Part shown: positions 21,951 to 36,935 of the stretch, one piece after another
Layout: each line of letters opens with the position of its first letter
Numbering within the stretch: position 1 is the first letter of the stretch
DNA from: Nitrosopumilus sp.
Lineage (GTDB): Archaea > Thermoproteota > Nitrososphaeria > Nitrososphaerales > Nitrosopumilaceae
DNA length: 64,000 bases
Assembly (NCBI GenBank): GCA_965207445.1
Contig: CBDBLX010000002.1
Span: 1,431,849-1,495,848 of the forward strand
Reading direction: 5' to 3'
Position numbers and translations under genes: made by a program
The notes under the pieces: generated by a model
What the model saw: the letters and a program-made list of their open reading frames with translations, nothing else
Told to the model about the DNA's origin: nothing
Databases searched by the model: none

Positions 21951-23036
21951 TCAAACAGAGCATCGTATAATGGCATAGTCAATTATACCCGAATCAGATG
22001 CTTTTTTCATCTTTCTCATAGATTTTATGATAACAGATTTCATATACAAAGGATATTGCATCTCTGTGATTAAACGGTTTATCTGTGTCTGGTTGTTTGT
22101 ATAATAGTTAGCAAGTGGTCCATACACATTCTTGCCAATAAGTTTCTCATTACATATCTTAAACCCACTATTTTGAATTGCTTTGTGTATGTGTTTTAAT
22201 GTATAATGTTCAGAGGCCCAAGTAAAGTTCAATATTCCAAGTCGTGTAAATGCCAAAAAGTCTTTGAGAATTATTGGAATGGCAATTATCAGCACACCAT
22301 TGTCAGTCAGAACTCTTTTTGATTCTACAATAAAGTTCTCAAATGGGTTAAAGTGTTGTGCAGATTCTAGTGCAACAACATAGTCAACACAATCAGATGC
22401 AAAAGGTAACATGGTAGCAGTTGCATTTGTCACATTACTGTTGTTGTTATTGTTGCGGTTGTAGTTGTTATTACTATTACTATTATTATTGCTAGTACTG
22501 TTATTATTGCTAGTACTGTTATTATTACTAGTGCTGTTATTATTGCTAGTGCTGTTATTATTGCCAGTACTATTACTGCCACTATTGTTGTTGTTATTAT
22601 TATTATTATTATGACAGGTGTTACAATGTATATCAAATAAATGATCAATGTCATTATAATTACGTGTAGATTTAATATTTTTTGTATAAATGTTGGATTT
22701 TACTGCATAGTATAGTTGCTTGTAACTAATATTTACACAATGAATATCCATATTTGGATAAAGTGATTTCCAATACATTGCAGGTGAGCAGAATCCACTT
22801 CCAACATCCAATACAGTATATTTAGAATTAGAGAAATCTGCAATATTTGCAATTATACGACACATGTTCTTTTGTGCAAGTGCAGGGGTATCATGAGAGT
22901 CATCCCAATATCCAAAATTAAGCATCGTATCATTTGTGATATTACACATAAGAGGTGAAAATGTTTCATACATTGTTGTAATATCTTTTGGATTTTTACG
23001 CAATGACCACATTATAAAATCAGAGACACTCAACAT
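21951..23036 (-). CDS. Class I SAM-dependent methyltransferase (sterol/tocopherol MT-like) with an Asn-rich insertion
   Basis: MLNFGYW, VLDVGSG, DYVVALESAQHF, RVLTDNG. Confidence 0.85.
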   Translation of the reverse strand: MLSVSDFIMWSLRKNPKDITTMYETFSPLMCNITNDTMLNFGYWDDSHDTPALAQKNMCRIIANIADFSNSKYTVLDVGSGFCSPAMYWKSLYPNMDIHCVNISYKQLYYAVKSNIYTKNIKSTRNYNDIDHLFDIHCNTCHNNNNNNNNNSGSNSTGNNNSTSNNNSTSNNNSTSNNNSTSNNNSNSNNNYNRNNNNNSNVTNATATMLPFASDCVDYVVALESAQHFNPFENFIVESKRVLTDNGVLIIAIPIILKDFLAFTRLGILNFTWASEHYTLKHIHKAIQNSGFKICNEKLIGKNVYGPLANYYTNNQTQINRLITEMQYPLYMKSVIIKSMRKMKKASDSGIIDYAIIRCSV

Positions 23037-23599
23037 AATGGGTAAAAAAGATATGCAGATATTAAATATTCAGGCATCATCATATGATAAGTGGTACGAT
23101 GTATATAATGGTGGAACTAGCATCATTGAGATCTTTGGATTATACATACGGATATGATTATTAAAGATCCGATATTTTGATTGATATTCATCTCAAAGTT
23201 GAGCACATATTATGAATACAAAATATTAGAAAACTATCGGATCTTTAATGAAACTATTATGCAATACAAAATACACACATGTATTCGGTCACATATCTAT
23301 TTGTATATCAAATATCATACATGCGCTACATTTGACTAGAATTATTTACAAATGAGTGTATAAATTATAAAGTTTGGTTCACACTAACTGACATGTGTAT
23401 AGACTATATGTCATTTTATTGGATCCTTTGATTGGAAAATATACCATTTAATTTTTTGTGTAACAAAATAAAATGATCGTATCAATTTTAAAAATTAAAA
23501 AAAGATGAGAATTTGCCAAGTCGTGCAATATATGGTGGTTGGTGGCTGAGCATTTGCGATACTAGTATTAGTATATCGCGCATGATCTCTATGTAAGTG

Positions 23600-26590
<2,991 letters not shown>

Positions 26591-26742
26591 TCAGCCACAT
26601 ATTACACGACCATGCACGACATCACAGCAAGTATCTTTTTTGGGATCGGTTCGATACCCGCTCAGTCCTTGATACGTCACCTTGATGACGTACTGCAGAA
26701 GATCATGTACAAAATAACAACACATCAAACCTAACAAAATCT

Positions 26743-28214
<1,472 letters not shown>

Positions 28215-28461
28215 CTGATTTTATGATGATTATTTTTTTATACAAAAGTACGCATGTGTACAAATGTATGATTTTAGTTTGGAATTGATGGTTGTTATTG
28301 CACATAATCTTCACATCTCAGATATTGACCACTTGATCAAATCCTCATCTCTGTATGCGAGACTGGAGGCCTATGAATCATAACGTGGCATGTTGCCACA
28401 CTTCATCACAGGCGCCGCCTATTGCGAATCGCATGTAAATATTTAATCATCATAAAAAGGA

Positions 28462-28467
28462 TATAAA
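28462..28467 (-). promoter_or_regulatory. Putative TATA box of the rRNA operon
   Basis: TTTATA on the minus strand ~250 nt upstream of the 16S 5' end. Confidence 0.45.
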
Positions 28468-29117
28468 CCATACGTGTGGCATAATATGATCTTACAAATA
28501 AGAGAAAAGATCCCAACGAAGACAAACAAAAAAAAATTTGTGTAAACCAAGCTCTATGATTTACATAATCATTTAAAATAACTCTTAGCTAAATACATTG
28601 TATGTACGATATATGATAGATAAACAGGAATGTGACCAAACACAGATTGTAATTTTATTATTGCGTTCAAAGAGCTTGGTTTACATAAAAATTTTAAGCA
28701 CGCATTAACAGTGCCTTAGTTAACATCACTAGTTAGTTAAAGTAATTCACAAATCATATCTCAGAGCAAATGTGTTGTAGGATTGTGTGTGTGGTTAGAT
28801 TTTAAAAGATTATATTAAAATTTTAATTTTAAGAATAATTGATGCAAAAATATTAGAGATGTTTTTTGAGTGTGTTTTAATATAACAGAATGTATTTTGA
28901 TACAATTAATAAAGTAGATATATTAAAATGATGATATAATGTTAAAATAATTGAGCATTTGAAAATGACAAGGTATTGAAAATGACAAGGTATTGAAAAT
29001 TACAGTATCATAAATACAAAAAAATAACAATCAAATGATAAATCATATCATCATATGTATTTGATCAAAGCCGCGAGGTTCTCTAACTTTAAATACGCAT
29101 ATGGGCAGTTCAAACTA

Positions 29118-29249
29118 ATGACTCACACCGTAGAAATCTCAGATGTATGTTACAAGAGTATAGAACGACTAGCAAAATCAGAACTTAGGACAGTTCCTGA
29201 AGTTGTGGAAAAAGCGCTAAACAAAGCAGTGATACGCGCATTCGAGTAA
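29118..29249 (+). CDS. Small RHH-like protein
   Basis: MTHTVEISDVCYKSIERLAKSELRTVPEVVEKAL; TTTAAATA box upstream. Confidence 0.55.
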   Translation: MTHTVEISDVCYKSIERLAKSELRTVPEVVEKALNKAVIRAFE

Positions 29250-29279
29250 CGTTATATAGAGAGTAAACAATAGTTACGC

Positions 29280-29372
29280 ATGCCAAAAAAACAGACATGC
29301 GATGAATGTGGTACAGAGTATGTACCTGATGGCATACATATATCACCTATCTGCCCTAGTTGTCGAAAGTAA
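29280..29372 (+). CDS. 30-aa zinc-ribbon microprotein
   Basis: MPKKQTCDECGTEYVPDGIHISPICPSCRK, two CxxC motifs; TTATATA upstream. Confidence 0.6.
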   Translation: MPKKQTCDECGTEYVPDGIHISPICPSCRK

Positions 29373-29568
29373 ATTGCATTATATCATTCAGTTAGACATC
29401 TATTATTAATAATAATAATAATAAAAATTATTATTTATAAAAATGTGGCATTATATTCACACAAGAGTGTTATCTACAATGATTCAGAGTGTTTTGCAAG
29501 TATTCACTCTATTAGAATAAAATTTCATCATCAATATAGTTAAAATTGTCAATCATATCAAACACGGC

Positions 29569-30927
29569 ATGAACAACACAAAAGTGTATCAAAAAAAGAC
29601 ACCCACATCAGCAAAAATATTTACAGAGTCCAAAAAACTTCATATCAATGGTGTATCTCACAATATAAGATATTTCAAGCCATATCCATTTGTCACAAAA
29701 TCAGCATCAAATAGTACATTGATAGATGTTGATCAAAACACATACACAGATTATTGGATGGGTCATTGGAGTCTCATACTAGGACATAAATCCGAACATG
29801 TAACAAAAGCTTTACACGATCAGATAGAGTCTGGATGGATGTATGGCACAGTCAATGAACAGACAATGAAACTATCACAGATGATCAAAAACGCAGTACC
29901 CATAGCTGAGAAGACGAGATACACCACATCAGGTACAGAGGCCACAATGTATGCAACAAGGATTGCACGTGCACATACAAAAAGAGACATAATTGCAAAG
30001 ATAGATGGCGGATGGCACGGGTATGGAACGGACTTGCTAAAGAGCGTGAATTGGCCATTTGATATAGGAGAGAGTAATGGTATGATAGGGGACGAAAAGA
30101 TAATCTCTATTCCGTACAATGACTTGGATGAGTCGATCAAGATACTAGCCAGATACAAGGAGAGGTTGGCAGGAATTATCATAGAGCCATTGCTTGGAGG
30201 TGCAGGGTGCATACCTGCATCAAAAGAGTATCTTAAAGGAATGCAAGAGTTCATACATCATAATGATTCATTATTTATACTAGATGAAATCGTCACTGGA
30301 TTTAGATTCAAATATGGATGCATGTATGATACCATGTCACTTGAGCCAGACATTATAACACTAGGTAAGATAATCGGGGGCGGTATGCCAATTGGAGCCA
30401 TATGTGGCACAGACGAGATAATGTCAGATGTAAATACTGTAATGGTAGATGTAAATGATAATAATAATAATAATAAAGAAAAAACAGAAACAAAAAACAA
30501 AGATCACACCTACATAGGAGGCGGGACGTTTTCTGCAAATCCAATCTCAATGACAGCGGGAAGTGCCACATTGAATTACCTGAAAAATAACAAAACCACA
30601 TATGACAAAATTAATGCAATGGGGTCCAAGGCCAGAAAAGGACTATGTGACATATTTGGCAATACTGCAATTATAACTGGAATTGGATCTACATTTATGA
30701 CTCATTTCCTCCCAACTATTGAGAACAAAAAATATACACATATTTCAAATGCTAAACAGGCTGCAATGTGCAATCAAGAAGAGTTGTACAAGTATCACTT
30801 TAAATTAATTGCACAAGATGGCATATTCATACTGCCAGGTAAGATGAGTGCAATATCAAGTGCTCACACTAACTCAGACATTGAGCAATTGATATTAGCA
30901 TCAGAAGATTATGTACGCAGCACATAA
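29569..30927 (+). CDS. hemL: Glutamate-1-semialdehyde 2,1-aminomutase
   Basis: SGTEATMYATRIARAHT, IIEP, FILDEIVTGFR, PLP lysine LGKIIGGGMPIGA, GGTFSANP. Confidence 0.88.
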   Translation: MNNTKVYQKKTPTSAKIFTESKKLHINGVSHNIRYFKPYPFVTKSASNSTLIDVDQNTYTDYWMGHWSLILGHKSEHVTKALHDQIESGWMYGTVNEQTMKLSQMIKNAVPIAEKTRYTTSGTEATMYATRIARAHTKRDIIAKIDGGWHGYGTDLLKSVNWPFDIGESNGMIGDEKIISIPYNDLDESIKILARYKERLAGIIIEPLLGGAGCIPASKEYLKGMQEFIHHNDSLFILDEIVTGFRFKYGCMYDTMSLEPDIITLGKIIGGGMPIGAICGTDEIMSDVNTVMVDVNDNNNNNKEKTETKNKDHTYIGGGTFSANPISMTAGSATLNYLKNNKTTYDKINAMGSKARKGLCDIFGNTAIITGIGSTFMTHFLPTIENKKYTHISNAKQAAMCNQEELYKYHFKLIAQDGIFILPGKMSAISSAHTNSDIEQLILASEDYVRST

Positions 30928-31012
30928 CACACCAAAATGACTTGACATAAGAATCGTGTTTTAATAGATTCACAGTGCTTTGCTTTATTACAGAGACAGT
31001 TTGAGTGATATT

Positions 31013-31094
31013 GCCGGGATAGCCAAGTGGTAAGGCGGCCGTCTCGAAAACGGCTACGTGAAAGCGTGCAGGGGTTCGAATCCCTTTCCCGGCG
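31013..31094 (+). tRNA. tRNA-Ser(CGA)
   Basis: Acceptor GCCGGGA/TCCCGGC, anticodon stem GCCGT-CTCGAAA-ACGGC, long variable arm, GTTCGAATC T-loop, discriminator G. Confidence 0.93.
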
Positions 31095-31116
31095 CCGTCA
31101 CCAATATTGCAAGATG

Positions 31117-31584
31117 CTAGTTTATAATATCAAACACATGTGTTTTAAGGTCAGATACATACCAAATGGTTTTGTATTCAGAGTTTCGCTTTGGTATGAC
31201 GTTAATTGCAATATGTGAAAAACGTTGTGTGGAATCAATAGAGCCATGAGTATGCAAAGAGTTAGCAGGAATATGAACAACATCACCTTGTGAAAGTTGT
31301 ATGGATTTTACGCGCTTTATTGCAAATGATCGTTTTGCAGATGAATTTTCATCTAGACGTTCATAGAGAACAATACTGCCGCATCCTGCAGTTGCAATTA
31401 GGATTTGATTGCCATTGTGACTGTGAAGTTTGGTGCGTGAGCCAGACTCAAAGTGTACATGATATATATCATTACCAACTGACTCTATAATATCAGATAT
31501 TGAACGCATCCAAGTCTTGCCAGTAAACCACTCAGAGTTTATGTTTCTTTTATTGCCCCTACCACGTATGTTTGCTTTCTTCAT
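31117..31584 (-). CDS. Cupin-domain protein
   Basis: VHFESGSRTKLHSH...QILIATAG; GDVVHIPANSLHTHG. Confidence 0.88.
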   Translation of the reverse strand: MKKANIRGRGNKRNINSEWFTGKTWMRSISDIIESVGNDIYHVHFESGSRTKLHSHNGNQILIATAGCGSIVLYERLDENSSAKRSFAIKRVKSIQLSQGDVVHIPANSLHTHGSIDSTQRFSHIAINVIPKRNSEYKTIWYVSDLKTHVFDIIN

Positions 31585-31943
31585 ATCATCTCAAGTAGTT
31601 TTTTCTTTTTAGTTTGGAATTCACGATCTGTAATTAACCCCTTTTCTTTTAATTCGCCTAATTTTTCAATCAATTCTAAATCAGCCATAGTATTGTGTTT
31701 TAGTTTTTTTGCAGATTTGATGCCACTATCAAGTGTCTCTTTTGCTCTTTTTTGAATTTTGATATTCTCCTTTGTTGCACGCTGACTTAGTTTTTTACCA
31801 GTTTTGGTTGCCTCTTTGGCAGACATTGTTCCAACCTCTACTGCTTCGGCAAGTACTGCATCTGCCTTTTTCACACCTTCTTGAACTGCCGCATCGGCTT
31901 TTTTTAAAAATTTACCAATGTATCCATTAGATTCGGATCCCAT
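31581..31943 (-). CDS. SHOCT-domain protein
   Basis: C-terminal IEKLGELKEKGLITDREFQTKKKKLL. Confidence 0.8.
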   Translation of the reverse strand: MGSESNGYIGKFLKKADAAVQEGVKKADAVLAEAVEVGTMSAKEATKTGKKLSQRATKENIKIQKRAKETLDSGIKSAKKLKHNTMADLELIEKLGELKEKGLITDREFQTKKKKLLEMI

Positions 31944-31983
31944 GTAATTTTATAATATTGTGTATGTAATAATCTTTTCTACA

Positions 31984-32167
31984 GTAACCGTACAACCCCT
32001 TCCAAATTTAGGCACAAATTCACCGCCTAACGTCTGGCGTAGGTACGGTAAGTCCAGTAGGCAGTCGTGCTTTATATTGTGGACACAAATTCACCGCCTA
32101 ACGTCTGGCGTAGTCTTGTAGCAAAAAATCAAAACAAAGACGAGTTGATAGAGAGTTGAACGGTTAC
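31984..32167. mobile_element. MITE family B, 184 bp, with internal duplication
   Basis: GTAACCGTACAAC...GTTGAACGGTTAC; CACAAATTCACCGCCTAACGTCTGGCGTAG occurs twice. Confidence 0.85.
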
Positions 32168-32425
32168 GGCTTGAAATTGGTGTATTAACTAGTTAATATA
32201 TATAATTGTGAATCAAGTATATAATTCTCGAACCCGATAATGTTATCTACATCATTGAACCTTTTATCTACATCATTCTTCATTTCATTTATGTTTTTAT
32301 TTACATTTTTGAATGCAGTTAATATATAATCTTTATCTGCTTGATAGGTTTCATTCTTAACATAACCATCATTATTTGATGTTAGTTAGACATAGTCCTA
32401 TATAATTGGTTTCTAATTCATAGCC

Positions 32426-32889
32426 GTAACCGTTCAACCCTTTCCCAAATCAATATGAGAGATGGTCATATTCCCGTAAGCAGATTCTGGGCATGTTTTT
32501 TTGCTAGTTCGATCTTTGCACTGTTGTGGACACAAAAGATGAAAAAGACACGTCGGTGGATGAAAAAGACGTGATCATGTTCGCTCCGACGACGATCATG
32601 ATAGTCGTGCCTGCCATAGTGGTCAGCTACATGACTGGAATGGACATGTTCGCCACACCTGAGGACATGTGGGATACCAATGCCTTATTTACCATATTCG
32701 GTTTCCTAATCTACATACCGGTCGGGATTGCAGTGCCTATCTATTTTATGTTCAAGTGGGCTACCGAATACAATCTGTTAAACTTTGGCTACAAGTCAAA
32801 GTATGAATGGGAACAGGCAAACGACACAAACGAGTCGTGACGGACATATTAACAATCTATTGGCGCGGGCACAAGAGTTGAATGGTTAC
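32426..32889. mobile_element. Family B ends enclosing a membrane-protein cargo ORF
   Basis: GTAACCGTTCAAC at 32426 and GTTGAATGGTTAC at 32877-32889; ORF 32526-32840 inside. Confidence 0.7.
32526..32840 (+). CDS. Hypothetical membrane protein, probably frameshifted from an ATG at 32455
   Basis: Two TM segments; a duplicated GATGAAAAAGAC coincides with a break from an upstream hydrophobic frame. Confidence 0.5.
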   Translation: MDTKDEKDTSVDEKDVIMFAPTTIMIVVPAIVVSYMTGMDMFATPEDMWDTNALFTIFGFLIYIPVGIAVPIYFMFKWATEYNLLNFGYKSKYEWEQANDTNES

Positions 32890-33113
32890 AATTGGCGTGT
32901 TGTACATCTTTTGAATACTTTATCCAAAAATCATACTCGTATGAGTATTACAACAAGTCTTTTCATTTGTCTCATTGATTCAAGGTACAAACGACTTTGC
33001 GGCGGTGTGTAGTTTGGCTGTTTTTATTTTAATAAAAAGTGCCAGTTAACTAGAATGTATAACTCTGTATTTCCACTAAAACAGTATAATGATTATATAT
33101 AATGTAAAAAATA

Positions 33114-33983
33114 TTACATCCGCGCAATACGTCTAAACTGTGAATCATTATGCAATGGTACAAATGCAGGTTCCTCTCGCGCCCACTTTCTTATTGACTT
33201 TGATTTTGATGATGCTGCAAGTTTTAGATATTCCAAGGATTCAGAGTATCGCCCCAATGCAGCAAGGCTACGTGATTTTGCATACGTAAGATTGACATTA
33301 CGATCATGTGATTTTAACAGATGATCATACACCACAAGTGCTTCTTCGTGACGACCAACTTCTGCAAGTTCAATTCCCTTGTGAAAGTACGCATCTTTAT
33401 TATTTTGATCTTTTTTTAATATCTGCTCAAAACAGTCTAAAGACTCTTTATGACGTTTTAGTTTACCAAGTACAATTCCCTTGTAAAATACGGCATTTTG
33501 TTTTTTTGGCTCTAGTTTGTGGGCTTTTTCTAACATTTCAATTGCATCATTATGTTCTTTTAAACGGTCAAGTAATACACCCATGTTAAAATAAGATGCT
33601 GCATGTTTAGGATCAGCATCAATTGCCCTTTGATAGTATTCTGCTGCATCCTGTATGTTTCCCATCTCAGCTAGCGCTATACCTCTGTTATTCAAGGCTT
33701 TGACATCATCAGGTGTAATAGCAAGTAGTTGATCAAAACATGTCACAGCATCAGAATATTTTTTGAGTACATTGAGCACCATACCCTTACCATACAATGC
33801 ACGTGTATTTTTAGAATCATGTTTTAAGATGTGGTTGTACAATGCAACTGCATCTTTGTGTTTACCTGAATCTACAAGTGATGATGCGCGATGCAACAAC
33901 ATAGGTGTATTCGTAGAGTCACTTTTATTTTGATCAGTATTACGATTAGTCTTAAAAAAACGCATAGTTATATCACAAAACAA
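33114..33983 (-). CDS. TPR-repeat protein
   Basis: About 7 TPR units; C-terminal AREEPAFVPLHNDSQF. Confidence 0.9.
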   Translation of the reverse strand: MFCDITMRFFKTNRNTDQNKSDSTNTPMLLHRASSLVDSGKHKDAVALYNHILKHDSKNTRALYGKGMVLNVLKKYSDAVTCFDQLLAITPDDVKALNNRGIALAEMGNIQDAAEYYQRAIDADPKHAASYFNMGVLLDRLKEHNDAIEMLEKAHKLEPKKQNAVFYKGIVLGKLKRHKESLDCFEQILKKDQNNKDAYFHKGIELAEVGRHEEALVVYDHLLKSHDRNVNLTYAKSRSLAALGRYSESLEYLKLAASSKSKSIRKWAREEPAFVPLHNDSQFRRIARM

Positions 33984-34000
33984 GGTAAATTTACATTTTG

Positions 34001-34201
34001 TTAATTACTACTATTAGCGCCTAACATCTTGAATTTTTTGATCGACTCTTTTGCCATATCTTCTTGCTCTAATGCAGACGTGGCTAGTGGATCAGATGTG
34101 GCATATGCTTCCGTGGTTTGCTCATTTTCATTGCCATTATTGTGGTTGTTATTATTATTATTATTATCATCAATGGATGTTTGTTCTTTCATATGTAACA
34201 T
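34001..34201 (-). CDS. Small hypothetical protein
   Basis: 66 aa with poly-N and DPLATSALEQEDMAKESIKKFK. Confidence 0.4.
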   Translation of the reverse strand: MLHMKEQTSIDDNNNNNNNHNNGNENEQTTEAYATSDPLATSALEQEDMAKESIKKFKMLGANSSN

Positions 34202-34364
34202 GTCATATGTAATATGTCATATAAATATATACAGTATAAAAATTAGTATTTTTATATCATTATTGGCAGATATTTAGATGATGGTGTATAGAGGTATAGT
34301 ATACTAGTTGTAGGTATTTTTTACATATTTGAAAGTAAATTTTGTTTGTAAAGTGATATCAATG

Positions 34365-34432
34365 CACAACTCATACAAACACGCACCTCATACAAACACA
34401 CAACTCATACAAACACGCACCTCATACAAACA
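34365..34432. repeat. 17-bp tandem repeat x4 (two alternating variants)
   Basis: CACAACTCATACAAACA / CGCACCTCATACAAACA. Confidence 0.9.
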
Positions 34433-34583
34433 TGACTCAAAATACAACAAACTTTTTTTTCAATTTATAGCACTAAATGCCAAATAATTATCTGCACGAC
34501 TAATTTGAGCAGAATATCAAGATTAAACAACACATGACAACCAACTCCAAACACAAAATAACCATTGCATATTATAAAATTTA

Positions 34584-35606
34584 ATGGGTGTAAACATCAA
34601 AGACATCATTACAAAAGAAAAGACGACTGTTGAATACTTTGCATCAAAGACAATAGCCATTGATGCATACAATGCAATATACCAATTTCTAGCAAGTATA
34701 CGAGGTGTAGATGGTCAACATTTATCAGATTCAAGAGGAAATGTAACTAGTCATCTTAGTGGATTATACAACAGAAACATTAGTTTTCTTACAGCAGGAA
34801 TAAAGCCAATCTACGTATTTGATGGCAAATCCCCATCGTTAAAATCAGCAGAGATAGAGCGACGGGCTCAGATCAAAAAAGATGCGGCCATCAAATACGA
34901 AATAGCAATCAAAGAAGGTAACATGCAAGATGCCAAAAAATACGCCCAACAGACAACATCACTACAAGATCACATGATAGACGAGGCAAAACAACTGTTA
35001 GATTTACTAGGTATTCCATATGTTAATGCACCATCTGAAGGAGAGGCAACAGCAGCTTTTATGTCAAATAACGGATTAGCATATGCAGCTGCAAGTCAAG
35101 ATTATGATTCTGTGCTGTTTGGCGCAAAGCGTTTAATCAGAAATTTTACAAATAGTGGAAGACGTAAAGTCCCAAATAAAAATACGTACATAGATGTTGT
35201 ACCAGAGATCATAGAGACACAAAAGGTACTAGACAACCTAGAATTATCTCAAGGGCAATTAATTGACGTTAGTATATTGGTCGGTACTGACTTTAATCCA
35301 AATGGTTTTAGGAGAATAGGTCCAAAAACTGCACTCAAGTTGATCAGAAAATATAATAAATTAGAAGAGATTCCAGATATACAAGAACAATTAAACAAAG
35401 TAGATTATGAACAAATACGTGAGATATTTTTAAACCCCAAAGTACCAGATACAATTGATATAAAATTTGATACAATAAATACAGATGGGGTAATAGAGTA
35501 TTTAGTAGAACAAAAAGAGTTCAAGCGTGATAGAATACAGAATTCACTTGATAGACTCAAAAAAGCACAAGAGAGACATAATGAAAATCTTGACAAGTGG
35601 TTTTAG
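34584..35606 (+). CDS. fen: Flap endonuclease 1
   Basis: [58 protein letters not shown]-like LDKWF. Confidence 0.97.
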   Translation: MGVNIKDIITKEKTTVEYFASKTIAIDAYNAIYQFLASIRGVDGQHLSDSRGNVTSHLSGLYNRNISFLTAGIKPIYVFDGKSPSLKSAEIERRAQIKKDAAIKYEIAIKEGNMQDAKKYAQQTTSLQDHMIDEAKQLLDLLGIPYVNAPSEGEATAAFMSNNGLAYAAASQDYDSVLFGAKRLIRNFTNSGRRKVPNKNTYIDVVPEIIETQKVLDNLELSQGQLIDVSILVGTDFNPNGFRRIGPKTALKLIRKYNKLEEIPDIQEQLNKVDYEQIREIFLNPKVPDTIDIKFDTINTDGVIEYLVEQKEFKRDRIQNSLDRLKKAQERHNENLDKWF

Positions 35607-35642
35607 TTAACAAAGATGTAACAAACAACAACAACAACAACA

Positions 35643-35803
35643 CGCAATGTGTTTTATATGATTTTATTTAAACAATCTATAATATCGTTTAACGTCGATA
35701 ATTATACTTGATCAGATCAAATAGAAAATATGTATATAGGAATATTCTAGTACCTTTGAATAGATATAAAAATATGTACTAGAACATCAATATTAATTAG
35801 GAC
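35643..35803 (+). mobile_element. Isolated left-end remnant of the ISH3-like element
   Basis: Clear similarity to ~9579-9742. Confidence 0.8.
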
Positions 35804-35969
35804 TGACAAAAAACGAGTTTGCATCAGATCAAAAGTACTAGAATCGATCAAGACCAGTGTCAATGTGATAGAGTTGTTGACAGATGGCTAAATTTGACCT
35901 AAATTTATATCAAAACCATAATCTCAACATTACATTAACAGTTATTTACCAACATGTGTAGACTAACTC

Positions 35970-36503
35970 GTGAGACAAACAAAAGCTAGAATGGTTCTCA
36001 AAGATGCACCACTTATGTGGAGAAGAATAAACTCAATAGGCATTATAATAGATTGTAACAGTACATATGCTGCAAAATTAAAGTATACAAAATCAGAAAT
36101 AATAGGCAAGCCCATATTTGCTCATGTGCCTAAAGCATCATGGAATACAATGACAGAGTCACTTACAAAATGGTTTGAGACAGGTCAAGTGACGGACCAA
36201 AAGATTACATTTCTTAAAAACGATGGAACCACATTTCCAGGGTTGCTTCAAGCTGTAAGTATATATGATCATAGAGGGGCACTTTTAGGTAGTAATACTG
36301 TCATATTTGATCTAAATGAGATGGATGACACACATATTACAACATATGAGAACTTTATTAAAAATGCAAATAAATCTCTTTTAGAGATAAAAATAGATGA
36401 TCATAATAGAATGGAGAAGATCTCAAAATCAGAATGTGAAGGACTAAAAGCAATGTTTGAGATGCTTGCAGAAGTAGACATTGCAGGATTAAAAAATCAA
36501 TAA
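35970..36503 (+). CDS. PAS-domain protein
   Basis: GIIIDCN...YTKSEIIGKP...KNDGTTFP...IYDHRG. Confidence 0.8.
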   Translation: MRQTKARMVLKDAPLMWRRINSIGIIIDCNSTYAAKLKYTKSEIIGKPIFAHVPKASWNTMTESLTKWFETGQVTDQKITFLKNDGTTFPGLLQAVSIYDHRGALLGSNTVIFDLNEMDDTHITTYENFIKNANKSLLEIKIDDHNRMEKISKSECEGLKAMFEMLAEVDIAGLKNQ

Positions 36504-36935
36504 TATGGTTGATGTAATTTCCAAGCCAGTCACATATTATTGTTAATAATAGTAATAATAAATTATAGTTTTAAATGATATTTTTGATATAATTTAACAA
36601 ATAAGAGAACAACACATGGAGAACAACACATAGAGAACAATACATAGAAAAAATTTCATATTAATATGTGATTGAATATGAATATGTTGTGAATTGAATA
36701 TAATGTTTGAATATAGTGGTTTGAATATAGCGTACTTATGAGGATAAAAATATCACAAAGTAAAGATTAAGAGATAGTAATTAAATAGTATGTTTTTGTG
36801 TGGATGTGACATGGGAGTGTGACATGAGAGTGTGACTATAAATATACAAAAATGCATTTAATTTTCTATTTAAAGGAGAATATAATAAAAGAAAAAACAA
36901 TATAGTATATCAAAAATACACGCCTCTCTCATGCA

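Noticed and set aside
21853..21958. Two 37-bp imperfect direct repeats separated by 32 bp, resembling a mini-CRISPR
   Set aside because: Only two copies, no CRISPR-like terminal motif, no cas genes, and the second copy overlaps the methyltransferase stop; more likely a local duplication.
31013..31094. tRNA-Ser as an integration (att) site
   Set aside because: No duplicate of its 3' end seen in the window and no integrase.
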